A stretch of 49,259 nucleotides of DNA, taken from IMG/VR virus record IMGVR_UViG_3300009095_000020, positions 1 to 49,259 of that record; one strand, 5' to 3'. Source of the stretch: a virus. Lineage: Duplodnaviria; Caudoviricetes. The notes under the pieces are model-generated. The model searched no databases. It was not told the DNA's origin and saw nothing but the letters and a program-made list of their open reading frames with translations. Positions 25,721-34,992 of the stretch are shown here, one piece after another; within the stretch, counting starts at the first letter, position 1; every line of letters begins with the position of its first letter. The position numbers and the translations under genes were made by a program.

Positions 25721-26236
25721 ATGCGATGCACCTCAAAACGGAAGAACGGCGACCCCTGCCGCGCCCAAGCCGTACGCGGAGCCGACAAATGCCGCATGCA
25801 CCTCGGCAAGAAGGCCGCCCCCGTCATCGCCGCCCACGAGGCGCTCGTCGAACTCGCCCGCCGCGGCGTGCAGCCGGTCGACAACCCGCTGGCCGCGCTC
25901 GCCGGCTTGGCCGGGGAGATCGTGACGGTGAAGGACATCTTCCGGGAGCGGGTGGCCCGGTTGCAGGAGGAGTCGTGGCGGTATCAGGACGACAAGGGCG
26001 GCGAGCAGTTGCGCGCCGAGCTGGCGTTGTATGAGCGGGCGTTGGATCGGTCGGCGCGGGTGTTGGCGGATATCGCCCGCCTGAAGATCGACGAACGTCT
26101 TGCGGCGATCACGGAGGCGCAGGGGCAGATGGTGGCGGCGGTGATCGTCGCCGTGCTGGAGCGGTTGGATCTCGGCGAGCAGGCGGGGCGGGTGCGGGAG
26201 TTGGTGGCGGTCGAGTTGGAGAGGTTGGCGGCGTGA
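25721..26236 (+). CDS. terS: Terminase small subunit (HGGxSTG-like N-terminal Zn finger)
   Basis: C...GDPC......KCRMH; immediately upstream of terL. Confidence 0.75.
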   Translation: MRCTSKRKNGDPCRAQAVRGADKCRMHLGKKAAPVIAAHEALVELARRGVQPVDNPLAALAGLAGEIVTVKDIFRERVARLQEESWRYQDDKGGEQLRAELALYERALDRSARVLADIARLKIDERLAAITEAQGQMVAAVIVAVLERLDLGEQAGRVRELVAVELERLAA

Positions 26237-26315
26237 GCGGGGCGGAGACTGCTGCTCTACCTGCCGGTAGGTTGTGGGAAACGCGGTTCTCCCAAGTTGG
26301 TTTGGGGGTGGTGGT

Positions 26316-27722
26316 GTGAGCGTGTGGACGGCCGCCGCCGCCGCTCTCCGGCCGCGCCCGTACGTCGGGGATCCGGCGGGCTGGGTGGAGGGCCGGCTCC
26401 GGCAGGTGGTGTGGTCGAAGCAGCGGGAGATCATGGAGTCGGTGCGGGATAACCGCCGCACCGCAGTCCGCAGCGGCCACGGCGTCGGCAAATCCCACGT
26501 CGCGTCGGCGGTGGCGTCGTGGTGGCTGGACACGCACGAGCCCGGCACCGCGTTCGTCGTCACCAGCGCGCCGACCTACGCGCAGGTGAGGGCGATCCTG
26601 TGGCGGTACATCCGGCGGATGCACGCGGCCGGGAAGCTGCCCGGCAGGGTGAATCAGACCGAGTGGCACTTGGGCGGGGAGCTGGTGGCGTTCGGGCGTA
26701 AGCCGGCCGACCACGACGAGTCGGCGTTCCAGGGGATTCACGCCCGGTACGTGCTCGTCATCTTGGACGAGGCGTGCGGGATCCCGGGGCAGCTCTGGGT
26801 GGCGGCGGACGCGCTGACAACGAACGTGGATTGCCGGATTCTGGCGATCGGGAACCCGGACAACCCGGCGTCGGAGTTCCGGCGGGTGTGCCAGCCCGGC
26901 TCCGGTTGGCATGTGATCGGCATCTCCGCGTTCGACTCGCCGAACCTGACCGGTGAGCGGGTGCCGGCCGACGTCGCCCAGGTGCTCGTGTCGCGCGAGT
27001 GGGTGGAGGAGAAGCGGGAGGAGTGGGGCGAGGACAACCCGCTCTACAAGTCGAAGGTGCTCGGCGAGTTCTCCGAGGATTCAGAGTGGCAGGTGGTCCG
27101 TACGAGCGACGTGGCCGCGTGCCGGATCGACCCGGAGAGCAAGCCAGCCGCCGCTGATCTGCTGCCGGTGGAGCTCGGCGTGGACGTGGGCGGTGGCGGT
27201 GACGAGACGGTGGTGCGCGAGCGCAGGGGGCGGGTGGCTGGCCGGGAGTGGCGGGCGCACACGGATCGGCCGGAGAAGATCGCACCGTTGATCAAGTTGG
27301 CGATCCGGGAGACGGGCGCAACCAAGGTGAAGATCGACAGTATCGGGGTGGGGTTCGGCGTGATCGGCGAACTCCGGAACGATCGGACGCTGCGCGGCGT
27401 CCAGGTGGTCGGGGTGAACGTCGGCGAGAAGGCGAGCAGGCCGGACAGGTACGCGAACCTGCGCGCCGAGCTGTGGTGGGAGGTCGGCCGGCTCATGTCG
27501 GAGCGGCGCGGCTGGGACCTGTCGAGCATGGAGAACGCTGACGCGACCGTCGCCCAGTTGCTCGAACCGCAGTGGGACACGGATCCGACGGGCCGGATCC
27601 GGGTGGAGAAGAAAGAGGAGATCATCAAGCGGTTGGGGCGGTCGCCGGACAACGCGGATGCGCTACTGCTGGCCTTCTACGGTGGCGGGCCGAGGGCCCG
27701 TATCCGCACGCTGGGGCGGTGA
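26316..27722 (+). CDS. terL: Terminase large subunit
   Basis: Walker A SGHGVGKS, Walker B VILDEA, IGNP, nuclease GVDVG..GD, RSPDNADA. Confidence 0.93.
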   Translation: MSVWTAAAAALRPRPYVGDPAGWVEGRLRQVVWSKQREIMESVRDNRRTAVRSGHGVGKSHVASAVASWWLDTHEPGTAFVVTSAPTYAQVRAILWRYIRRMHAAGKLPGRVNQTEWHLGGELVAFGRKPADHDESAFQGIHARYVLVILDEACGIPGQLWVAADALTTNVDCRILAIGNPDNPASEFRRVCQPGSGWHVIGISAFDSPNLTGERVPADVAQVLVSREWVEEKREEWGEDNPLYKSKVLGEFSEDSEWQVVRTSDVAACRIDPESKPAAADLLPVELGVDVGGGGDETVVRERRGRVAGREWRAHTDRPEKIAPLIKLAIRETGATKVKIDSIGVGFGVIGELRNDRTLRGVQVVGVNVGEKASRPDRYANLRAELWWEVGRLMSERRGWDLSSMENADATVAQLLEPQWDTDPTGRIRVEKKEEIIKRLGRSPDNADALLLAFYGGGPRARIRTLGR

Positions 27723-27724
27723 CT

Positions 27725-27830
27725 GTGACGCTGGGTGGCTGCATGTTCATGCACGCCCCGCCCGTTGCGTCCTCCCCCGTCCGGTTTGCCTGCCACCCGA
27801 CGGGCCCAGTTCATGCAGTCGCCGCGTCAC
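27725..27830 (+). ncRNA. Candidate structured RNA or multi-stem element after terL
   Basis: Nested pairings 27725-31/27824-30, 27734-45/27812-23, 27760-67/27798-805. Confidence 0.35.
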
Positions 27831-27951
27831 CGCAGGCCAACGCGATGCTAGACCCTACAGTGCACACATTCTGTACGGTTACCAACAGGTAACTCACGCG
27901 CGGGACTTACGGACCGTCACGCCACCCTCTGATCTTCTTCATACTGGGGCA

Positions 27952-28467
27952 ATGGCATGGGAATGGGTCGCCCCCGTCGCGACAGCCCTCAGCGGCATGG
28001 TCGGCGTCGGCTTCACCTGGTACGCCGGACACCAAGGCCGGAAGCACGCCGAGCGAGTCGCGGACAAGTCCGCCTCCCACTCACTCGCGCAGGCCAGGGA
28101 GGCGCGGCGGGCTGATGCTTACATCGAGATCCTCACGCTGACGAACGGCATGACGGCGGCGGTCGGCGAGATCACCGCCATCTACAAAGACCGCGAGGAC
28201 CCGCCCCTTCCCGAGCTGGACAAGCAGGTAGCCGTCAGCGCCCTGGTCGGGCTGTACGGGTCACAGGAAGTGCGAGCCATCTACCGCGACTGGTTCCAGC
28301 AGGTGAGCAAGCTGCTGGACAACTACCGCGAGATCCAGGCGAACGCGAAGCGCGGCGGCGCAGACCGCGACCCTGGGCTGTGGAAGCAGCAGGGAGCGCT
28401 AGGTAAGGCAATGCGGGACGCGGCAGACCGGCTGCGGGACCAGATGAACCGCGAGCTGTCTACCTAG
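27952..28467 (+). CDS. Moron: single-TM helical protein, probably leaderless with its own promoter
   Basis: CATACT -10 at 27940-45, 6 nt before ATG; interrupts the terL-portal order. Confidence 0.75.
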   Translation: MAWEWVAPVATALSGMVGVGFTWYAGHQGRKHAERVADKSASHSLAQAREARRADAYIEILTLTNGMTAAVGEITAIYKDREDPPLPELDKQVAVSALVGLYGSQEVRAIYRDWFQQVSKLLDNYREIQANAKRGGADRDPGLWKQQGALGKAMRDAADRLRDQMNRELST

Positions 28468-28574
28468 GCGTACGGGCAGTAAATTTTCCTCCTGAAAGGC
28501 ACTGCTACCGAAAATCTTCCGGCGTGCCGTACCATCCGAAACATGGGATCCCGGCACACCCCCAGGCCACGCCC

Positions 28575-28844
28575 GTGACAACGTTCACCGAGGCGTTCCG
28601 CACCGAGCGCGCCAACACGGCTCGCGCACCTCGCACGCCCCGGATCCCCCTCACCGTGCGCGCCGCCCGCTGGCTCGCCCGACGCCTCCCCGCCTGGGCC
28701 GCACTCCGCACCCTGCTGCTCAGCGTCGCGGGGTTCGGGATGCTGACCGCCGCCGCCTGGACACTCCACATGGCGGCAGGGCTCGCCGTCGGCGGCGTCT
28801 CCCTCCTCGTGCTCGAAGCCCTCTCGGGCGGTGACCGCCGGTGA
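28575..28844 (+). CDS. Small two-TM protein preceding portal
   Basis: Two hydrophobic helices; GTGA overlap with portal; start uncertain. Confidence 0.7.
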   Translation: MTTFTEAFRTERANTARAPRTPRIPLTVRAARWLARRLPAWAALRTLLLSVAGFGMLTAAAWTLHMAAGLAVGGVSLLVLEALSGGDRR

Positions 28845-30859
28845 GGTCCCCCCTAGGAGCGCTGGCCCGCGCCGTCACCAACAAGGCGCCGGTGTCGTAC
28901 GCGAGCAGAGGCATCCGGCACGCACTCCCGTTCGGCGGCCGGAACGACGCCGTCTCCCAGATGCAGGCGATGGGCAACGTCGGCACCCTGTTCTCGATCG
29001 TCCACAGGACGAGCAATGCGACGTCGCAGGTGGATTGGAAGCTGTGGCGGCGGGCCGCCTCCGGCAAGGACGAGGACCGCAGCGAGGTGGCCTCCCATCT
29101 CGCGCTCGACATCTGGCGCAAGCCGAACCCGTTCATGCCGCGGCAGGAGTTCGTCGAGTCGACGCAGCAGCACGTCGACCTGACCGGCGAGGGCTGGTGG
29201 GTCGTGGCGCGGTCGCCGCGCATGCGGTCCATCCCCTTGGAGCTGTGGCCGGTGCGCCCCGACCGGATGATCCCGGTGCCGGACCCGAACGACTTCCTGG
29301 CCGGCTACATCTACGTCAGCCCGGACGGCGAGCAGGTGCCGCTCCGCCTCGACGAGGTCATCCAGCTCCGCATGCCCAACCCGTTGGATCCGTACCGCGG
29401 CATGGGCCCGGTGCAGAGCATCCTCGCCGAGCTGGACGCGACCAGGTACAGCGCGGAGTGGAACCGCAACTTCTTCGTCAACTCGGCGCTGCCCAGCGGG
29501 ATCATCGAAGCCCCGAACAACCTCACCGACGACGAGTTCGACGACCTGCGGGACCGGTGGGAGGAGCAGCATCGCGGGGTCGCCGCCGCGCACAGGGTGG
29601 CGATCCTCGAAGGCGGGCTGCGCTGGGTGGACAGGCGGTTCACGCAGCGGGACATGCAGTTCGCCGAGCTGCGGCAGATCTCGCGTGACGTGATCCGGGA
29701 GGCGTTCGGCATCCCCGCCTTCGCCTTGGGTGAGGTCAGCGACGTGAACAGGGCGACGGCCGAAGCCAGCAAGGCGATGTTCGCCGAGCATCTGACCATC
29801 CCGCGCCTGGAGCGGATCAAGGCGGCGCTCAACCACGACTTCCTGCCGATGTTCGGCGACACCGCCCGGGATCTGGAGTTCGATTTCGAGGACCCGATCC
29901 CGCCGGACGCCGAAGCCCGCGACCGTGAGCGGACGTCGAAGGCGACCGCGGCCAAGCTGTACGTGGACGCGGGCTTCACGGGCGAGAGCGTAGTCGAGGC
30001 GCTGGAGCTCCCGGACACGCTCGTCTGGAAAGAACCCGCCCCGGTGCCGCCCCCGATTCCGGCTCCCGCCCCTGCCCCGCCCCCGGACGCCCCCGCAGAT
30101 GTGCTGCTGCGTGCGCTCCGGGCGCAGACCGTGACTGACCAGGCTGGTGAGGACTGGCAGGAACGGCTCGACGCTCTCCTTGACGAGTGGCAGAGCGTTT
30201 CTGCGGGGCAGCGGCGGGAGCTGGTCGACCAGATCGCACGGCTCGTGGATGAGGCCGACCGGGAAGGTCTCGCCGCGCTGGCCGCCTCCAGCGGTGTGGC
30301 TGCGGCGCTGCTGGAGGCGGCTATGGCCGCGCAGGCGGAGGCGGCCGCGCAGCGGGTGGTGGAGGAGGCTGCCGGGCAGGGCGTCGAGATCTCGCCTGCC
30401 GAGGTGGCCGGCGCTCTGGCGGTGCTGCTTGCCGGGAGCGCGGCTGCGACGGCCGCTCTTCTCGCTGCTGGGCTTGCGGGGGCGGCGGGCAGGGCGGCGC
30501 TGCGGTTGTGGGCGCCGGGTGATGAGGGCGGCACGGTGGCTGGGCGGGTGCTGGCCTATCTGGAGAGTCTGACGGATGCGAGCCTGCGCACCGAGCTGGG
30601 CGGGGCGTTGTGGGCGGCGGAGCAGCAGGGGCGTTTCGCCACCCTCGAACTGGCGGAGGCGGAGGGCAAGGGCGCCCTCTGGTACGAGGCGGTCGAAGAG
30701 AACGACCCGAACACGTGCGTGCAATGTCGGGATATCGACGGCGAACGTTTCGACACGTTGCGGGACGTGCGCGAGTCGTATCCGCACGGCGGCTACTTCG
30801 CCTGCTTGGGGACCATCCGTTGCCGGGGCACGGTCGAACCGCGCTGGAGTGAATCATGA
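28841..30859 (+). CDS. HK97-family portal fused to a MuF-like minor head domain
   Basis: DLTGEGWW, LWPVRPDRM, GMGPV, FVNSALPSG, IREAFGIP; Pro linker; C-terminal DPNTCVQC...DG...CLG..RCRG. Confidence 0.9.
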   Translation: MRSPLGALARAVTNKAPVSYASRGIRHALPFGGRNDAVSQMQAMGNVGTLFSIVHRTSNATSQVDWKLWRRAASGKDEDRSEVASHLALDIWRKPNPFMPRQEFVESTQQHVDLTGEGWWVVARSPRMRSIPLELWPVRPDRMIPVPDPNDFLAGYIYVSPDGEQVPLRLDEVIQLRMPNPLDPYRGMGPVQSILAELDATRYSAEWNRNFFVNSALPSGIIEAPNNLTDDEFDDLRDRWEEQHRGVAAAHRVAILEGGLRWVDRRFTQRDMQFAELRQISRDVIREAFGIPAFALGEVSDVNRATAEASKAMFAEHLTIPRLERIKAALNHDFLPMFGDTARDLEFDFEDPIPPDAEARDRERTSKATAAKLYVDAGFTGESVVEALELPDTLVWKEPAPVPPPIPAPAPAPPPDAPADVLLRALRAQTVTDQAGEDWQERLDALLDEWQSVSAGQRRELVDQIARLVDEADREGLAALAASSGVAAALLEAAMAAQAEAAAQRVVEEAAGQGVEISPAEVAGALAVLLAGSAAATAALLAAGLAGAAGRAALRLWAPGDEGGTVAGRVLAYLESLTDASLRTELGGALWAAEQQGRFATLELAEAEGKGALWYEAVEENDPNTCVQCRDIDGERFDTLRDVRESYPHGGYFACLGTIRCRGTVEPRWSES

Positions 30860-31857
30860 CGAGACCGAAGCTGCTGCTTGCGGATGGCATGCTGGCCCGG
30901 GTGCGTGCGCTGCTCGACCAGCGCGACCCCGCCGCGCTCCCCCAGGGGTTCGCGCGGCCGATGCCGGAGGTGCGGGCGCAGGCCGACGGGCAGCCGGCTG
31001 AGCTGCTGTTGTACGACGAGATCGGGTTCTGGGGCATCTGGGCGGTCGATGTGGCCGCCGCCTTGTCGACGGTTTCGGGGCCGCTGCATGTGCGGGTCAA
31101 CTCTCCTGGTGGGGACGTGTTCGACGGTATCGCGATCTTCAACATGCTGGCCGACTACCCCGACCAGGTGACCGTCACGGTCGACAGCCTCGCCGCCTCC
31201 GCCGCGAGCTTCATCGCGATGGCGGGCGACACGATCCGCATGAACCGCGCCTCACAGATGATGATCCACGACGCCAGCGGGGGCTGTCGTGGCAACGCCG
31301 CCGACATGCGGGCCATGGCCGGGCTCCTCGACCAGATCTCCGACACCATCGCAGGCATCTACGCCGCCCGCGCCGGGGGCGAGACGGCGGAGTGGCGCGA
31401 GCGGATGCTCGTCGACGGCGGCTGGGGCACCTGGTACACCGGCGAGCAGGCCGTCGAGGCGGGGCTCGCCGACGAACTGGTGCCGCTCCCCACAGGCGAC
31501 GACGGCAATGGTGATGGCGGGGTGGATGACAGGGCGGCCGCGGGGCGGGCCGTAGCCGCCCTGTTCCCGTACGCGGGCGCCGAGGCGGCGCGCTGGCGCG
31601 AGACTGCCCCTGCCACCGCTGTCCCTGTGAGCCAGGCGCCGACCCTGGATGAGCCGCGTGTCCCCGCCGCGGCGGTTCCGCAGCCCCTCGCGGAGCCCAC
31701 CCCCAGCCCGGGGCCGGCGCCTGCACCAACCCCGCCCGAACCGGCCGCCGAGAGCGATCCGGCCCCTGATCCGTGGGCGGAAGCCACCGCCCACCTCTTG
31801 AACCCCTCCACGCATCCCAGCGTGGATGAACTGCTCGCCCGCCTGAGGGAGGCATAA
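30856..31857 (+). CDS. ClpP-like head maturation protease
   Basis: VNSPGGDVFDG, LAASAASFIAMAGD, MMIHDA, AVEAGLAD. Confidence 0.93.
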   Translation: MTRPKLLLADGMLARVRALLDQRDPAALPQGFARPMPEVRAQADGQPAELLLYDEIGFWGIWAVDVAAALSTVSGPLHVRVNSPGGDVFDGIAIFNMLADYPDQVTVTVDSLAASAASFIAMAGDTIRMNRASQMMIHDASGGCRGNAADMRAMAGLLDQISDTIAGIYAARAGGETAEWRERMLVDGGWGTWYTGEQAVEAGLADELVPLPTGDDGNGDGGVDDRAAAGRAVAALFPYAGAEAARWRETAPATAVPVSQAPTLDEPRVPAAAVPQPLAEPTPSPGPAPAPTPPEPAAESDPAPDPWAEATAHLLNPSTHPSVDELLARLREA

Positions 31858-33261
31858 GTGAGTACACCCGTCCTGCCTAAGGACATCCCCATCCCGGCCT
31901 CCTCGGAAGAGCTGGCCGAGTTCATGGGCGACCCCGGCAAGTACCGCCCGGTGCTCGCCAGCACCGAGGCCCTGACCGAGTTCATCAAGGCGTACGGGCA
32001 GAAGCTCCAGGGCGAAGGCACCGACCTGCACCGCGCGGTCGCCGCCGAGACCCAGAAGCAGCTCGCCCAGTACCTGAAGGACAAGGACGTCGACCCGGAG
32101 AACGCCGAGCGGATCTCCCGGCTGAACCTCGACCCGCAGGCGCCGACCGGCCGGGCGGGCAAGGCCAGCATGCTGACCTCGTACGGGCAGGGCGCCGCCT
32201 ACAACAAGCACGCCCCCGGCACGGTGATCGACGGCAAGTTCGCCACGGCGGTCGACTACTTCAAGGCGATCTGGCACCTGGACGAGTCGCCGGCGGCGGT
32301 CGCGCGCCGTACGGAGATCCGTAACGCGGGCTCGTCGGTCGTGCCGAGCGATGGCGGGTTCCTCGTGCCGGAGCGGCTCCGGTCGCAGCTGCTGGAGATC
32401 GCGCTGGAGATGGCCGTCGTGCGCTCCCGCGCGACCGTCGTCCCGATGGACTCCGCCAGGGTGCCGTTCCCGACGATCGACGTCACCACGAACCGCAGCT
32501 CCCTGTTCGGCGGCATGATCGCCTACTGGGGCGAAGAGTCCGCGGCTCTCACCGAGTCGGACCCGAAGTTCGGCAGGGTGACGCTCGACGCGAAGAAGCT
32601 CACCGGCCTGTCGGTGGTCCCGAACGAGCTGCTGCAGGACAGCATCATCAGCTTCAGCGCGCTGATCGAGCGGCTCTGGCCGATGGTCCTCGCCTTCGAG
32701 GAAGACAGCGCGTTCATGACCGGCCCGGGCGCCGACCGGCCGCTCGGCTTCCTCGGCTCCGGCAACACGGCAGCCGTCGCGGTCGCGGCCGAATCCGGTC
32801 AGCCTGCCGCGTCGATCGTGTACGAGAACATCGTCAACATGTACGCGAGGATGCTCCCGTCCTCGCTGCCCCGCGCTGCGTGGATCATCTCGCCGGACAC
32901 CATTCCGCAGCTGTTCACCATGGCCCTGTCCGTCGGCACCGGCGGCTCCAGCATCTTCGTCGTCAACGCGGCCGGCCCCGGCCCGATGACGCTGTTCGGC
33001 CGTCCGATCGTGGTCACGGAGAAGGCGAACACCCTCGGCAGCCGCGGCGACATCGCGTTCGTGGACCTGTCCTACTACCTCGTCGGTGACCGGCAGAGCA
33101 TGACCGCCGCCAGCTCGACGGACTGGAAGTTCGGGAACGACCAGACGGCGTACAGGATCATCCAGCGGGTGGACGGCCGGCCGTGGATCAAGTCGGCAAT
33201 CACCCCGAAGAACAACGGCAACGCGCTGTCGCCGTTCGTCGAGCTGGCCGCCCGGTCCTAA
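31858..33261 (+). CDS. HK97-fold major capsid protein
   Basis: SDGGFLVPE, WGEES, VPNELLQDS, LFGRPIV, RVDGRP. Confidence 0.92.
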   Translation: MSTPVLPKDIPIPASSEELAEFMGDPGKYRPVLASTEALTEFIKAYGQKLQGEGTDLHRAVAAETQKQLAQYLKDKDVDPENAERISRLNLDPQAPTGRAGKASMLTSYGQGAAYNKHAPGTVIDGKFATAVDYFKAIWHLDESPAAVARRTEIRNAGSSVVPSDGGFLVPERLRSQLLEIALEMAVVRSRATVVPMDSARVPFPTIDVTTNRSSLFGGMIAYWGEESAALTESDPKFGRVTLDAKKLTGLSVVPNELLQDSIISFSALIERLWPMVLAFEEDSAFMTGPGADRPLGFLGSGNTAAVAVAAESGQPAASIVYENIVNMYARMLPSSLPRAAWIISPDTIPQLFTMALSVGTGGSSIFVVNAAGPGPMTLFGRPIVVTEKANTLGSRGDIAFVDLSYYLVGDRQSMTAASSTDWKFGNDQTAYRIIQRVDGRPWIKSAITPKNNGNALSPFVELAARS

Positions 33262-33274
33262 GGAGGAACAGATC

Positions 33275-33703
33275 ATGGCAGGACAGGAAGGGCTGGGCAG
33301 GCTGTTCAACGTCGTGGCGCAGGCCAGCGGCGTGCACATCCCGCTCACGAACGCGGCCGGGGTCACGTTCGTGTGCTTCGAGGACGACGGCTCCCAGATC
33401 ATCACTCTCAAGGAGTCGATCGGCGGCCAGTCGGAGCAGAACCTGGCGATCATCGACAAGGTGTACAAGGGGCCGGGCGTCGGCGGCACCTGGACGAAGG
33501 TGACGCAGGCGGCGGCGGCCACCTACGACAACGCCGACGACACCACCAACGACGCCGTCGTCCTCTACGTGCCGGCCACGTCCCTGTCGGACGGCTACGA
33601 CTGCGTGGAGCTGACCAACGACGGCGGCAACCCGGTCATCGCGATCATCCACGACCTCGCCTACCAGCGGGCGCCGGAGAACCTCGCTAGGAGCGTGGTC
33701 TGA
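33275..33703 (+). CDS. Putative capsid decoration/cement protein
   Basis: Beta-rich; directly after MCP; AAGGAGG SD. Confidence 0.55.
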   Translation: MAGQEGLGRLFNVVAQASGVHIPLTNAAGVTFVCFEDDGSQIITLKESIGGQSEQNLAIIDKVYKGPGVGGTWTKVTQAAAATYDNADDTTNDAVVLYVPATSLSDGYDCVELTNDGGNPVIAIIHDLAYQRAPENLARSVV

Positions 33704-34188
33704 TGACGACGATGATCAAGGGGAACGAGCTGCGGGCGATCGCGCTCGGCCGCGGCCCGGTCAGCAAGGCCGTCCCGACCCTGTCAGCGAACACGTTCCA
33801 GCTGTTCACGGTGACCGGCGGCCGGGTGCTGATCACCGCCCTGTGGGGTGTGTGCACCACGTCCATGACCGGCGCGAACACCGTCAATCTCCAGACGGAC
33901 CCGACGGCGGGTGACACGGTCGTCGTGGTCACCGCCACCGACCTGGGCACGACCGACACGGCGGCCGGGACCACGATCGGCGTGACCGGCAACATCGCCG
34001 ACCCGGCGACCAACGGCGCGAACTTCAACACCGTGTTCGTCAAGGGCGGCCTGGCGCTGCGGGACCTGGTCGTCACGACTGGCGAGGTCGAGTCGGTGGT
34101 GACCGGCGGCGGCGCGAACGGTGGCATCACCTGGTACTGCTGCTGGGTGCCGCTGGACGACGGCGCTGAGCTGGTGGCGGCGGCCTGA
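33703..34188 (+). CDS. Putative virion structural protein
   Basis: Thr/Gly/Val-rich; TGATG coupling. Confidence 0.55.
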   Translation: MTTMIKGNELRAIALGRGPVSKAVPTLSANTFQLFTVTGGRVLITALWGVCTTSMTGANTVNLQTDPTAGDTVVVVTATDLGTTDTAAGTTIGVTGNIADPATNGANFNTVFVKGGLALRDLVVTTGEVESVVTGGGANGGITWYCCWVPLDDGAELVAAA

Positions 34189-34898
34189 TGTCGCTGCTGG
34201 TGTGCTCGGGCTGCTCGACGCGGTACGCGCCAGGCAGTCCGGCCTGCCCGCACTGCGGCGGGGTCGAGGCCGTCGAGGAGGGGACGGCAGTGTCTCCGGG
34301 GCCGCTGCTGCCCTTCCTCGACCTCTCCTGCACGACAGGCGGGTGCGCGGCCGAGGGGGTCGTGCGGCGGGTGTTCCTGCGCCAGCCGACCCCCGGCGTG
34401 CTGGAACGGCCGGCCTACCTGTGCTCAGGGTGCGGCGCTGTCATGCGGGAGGAAGAAGCCATGCCGAAGATCAGCCGCCTTGGTGGGGCCACGAACGCGG
34501 CGGCCGACCGCGAGCGGGAGGGCGACGGTCGGCCGCCGGCCAGCGACGTGTGCTCCAACTGCGGCAAGCCGTACAGCGAGTCTGCGTGCGGGATCTCGCA
34601 CGCGATGGTGGCGCACGAGCGCAAGCACCAGCTCGACGCCCCGAGCGAGGGCGACCAGGTGCCTGCTGACGGCACCCGGTCGGCGGAGGACGCCGACGAC
34701 AGCACGGGAGGGGAGGAGTCATCTCCTGGGAGCAGCTCCTCGACATCAGCCGCGAAGCCCAAGAACTCCGCCGCGACAAGGAAACCCGCCCCCCGGCGGC
34801 GTGCCCGAACGACGGCGAGCCCCTCCAGCCCGGCCCCAGAGGCGAGCTCCACTGCCCCTTCGACGGATGGATCTGGCGAGGCTGACCCAGCCTCCTAA
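34188..34898 (+). CDS. Multi zinc-ribbon protein with low-complexity tail (possible internal start 34461)
   Basis: CSGC..CPHC, C....C..CSGC, CSNC..C...H; GGAGG SD before MPKISR. Confidence 0.7.
   Translation: MSLLVCSGCSTRYAPGSPACPHCGGVEAVEEGTAVSPGPLLPFLDLSCTTGGCAAEGVVRRVFLRQPTPGVLERPAYLCSGCGAVMREEEAMPKISRLGGATNAAADREREGDGRPPASDVCSNCGKPYSESACGISHAMVAHERKHQLDAPSEGDQVPADGTRSAEDADDSTGGEESSPGSSSSTSAAKPKNSAATRKPAPRRRARTTASPSSPAPEASSTAPSTDGSGEADPAS
34721..34885 (+). CDS. Hidden 54-aa protein in the -1 frame, likely ATC-initiated (ISWEQLLDISREAQE...CPNDGEPL...LHCPFDGW)
   Basis: 47 of 54 codons end in G/C; paired CPxDG knuckles; GGAGG at 34707 and 34712; no in-frame ATG/GTG/TTG after the stop at 34669. 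Confidence 0.7.
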   Translation: MSWEQLLDISREAQELRRDKETRPPAACPNDGEPLQPGPRGELHCPFDGWIWRG

Positions 34899-34904
34899 CG
34901 AACT

Positions 34905-34942
34905 CCCCCGGGCGTCTGTCCACGGCTTAGGGCGCCCGGGGG
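34905..34942 (+). terminator. Stem-loop ending the head module
   Basis: CCCCCGGGCGTC / GGCGCCCGGGGG. Confidence 0.55.
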
Positions 34943-34992
34943 CACCAGCAGAGCCGTGAAGGCGCGGCGACGGCGGAGGGAGGTGCAGCAGG

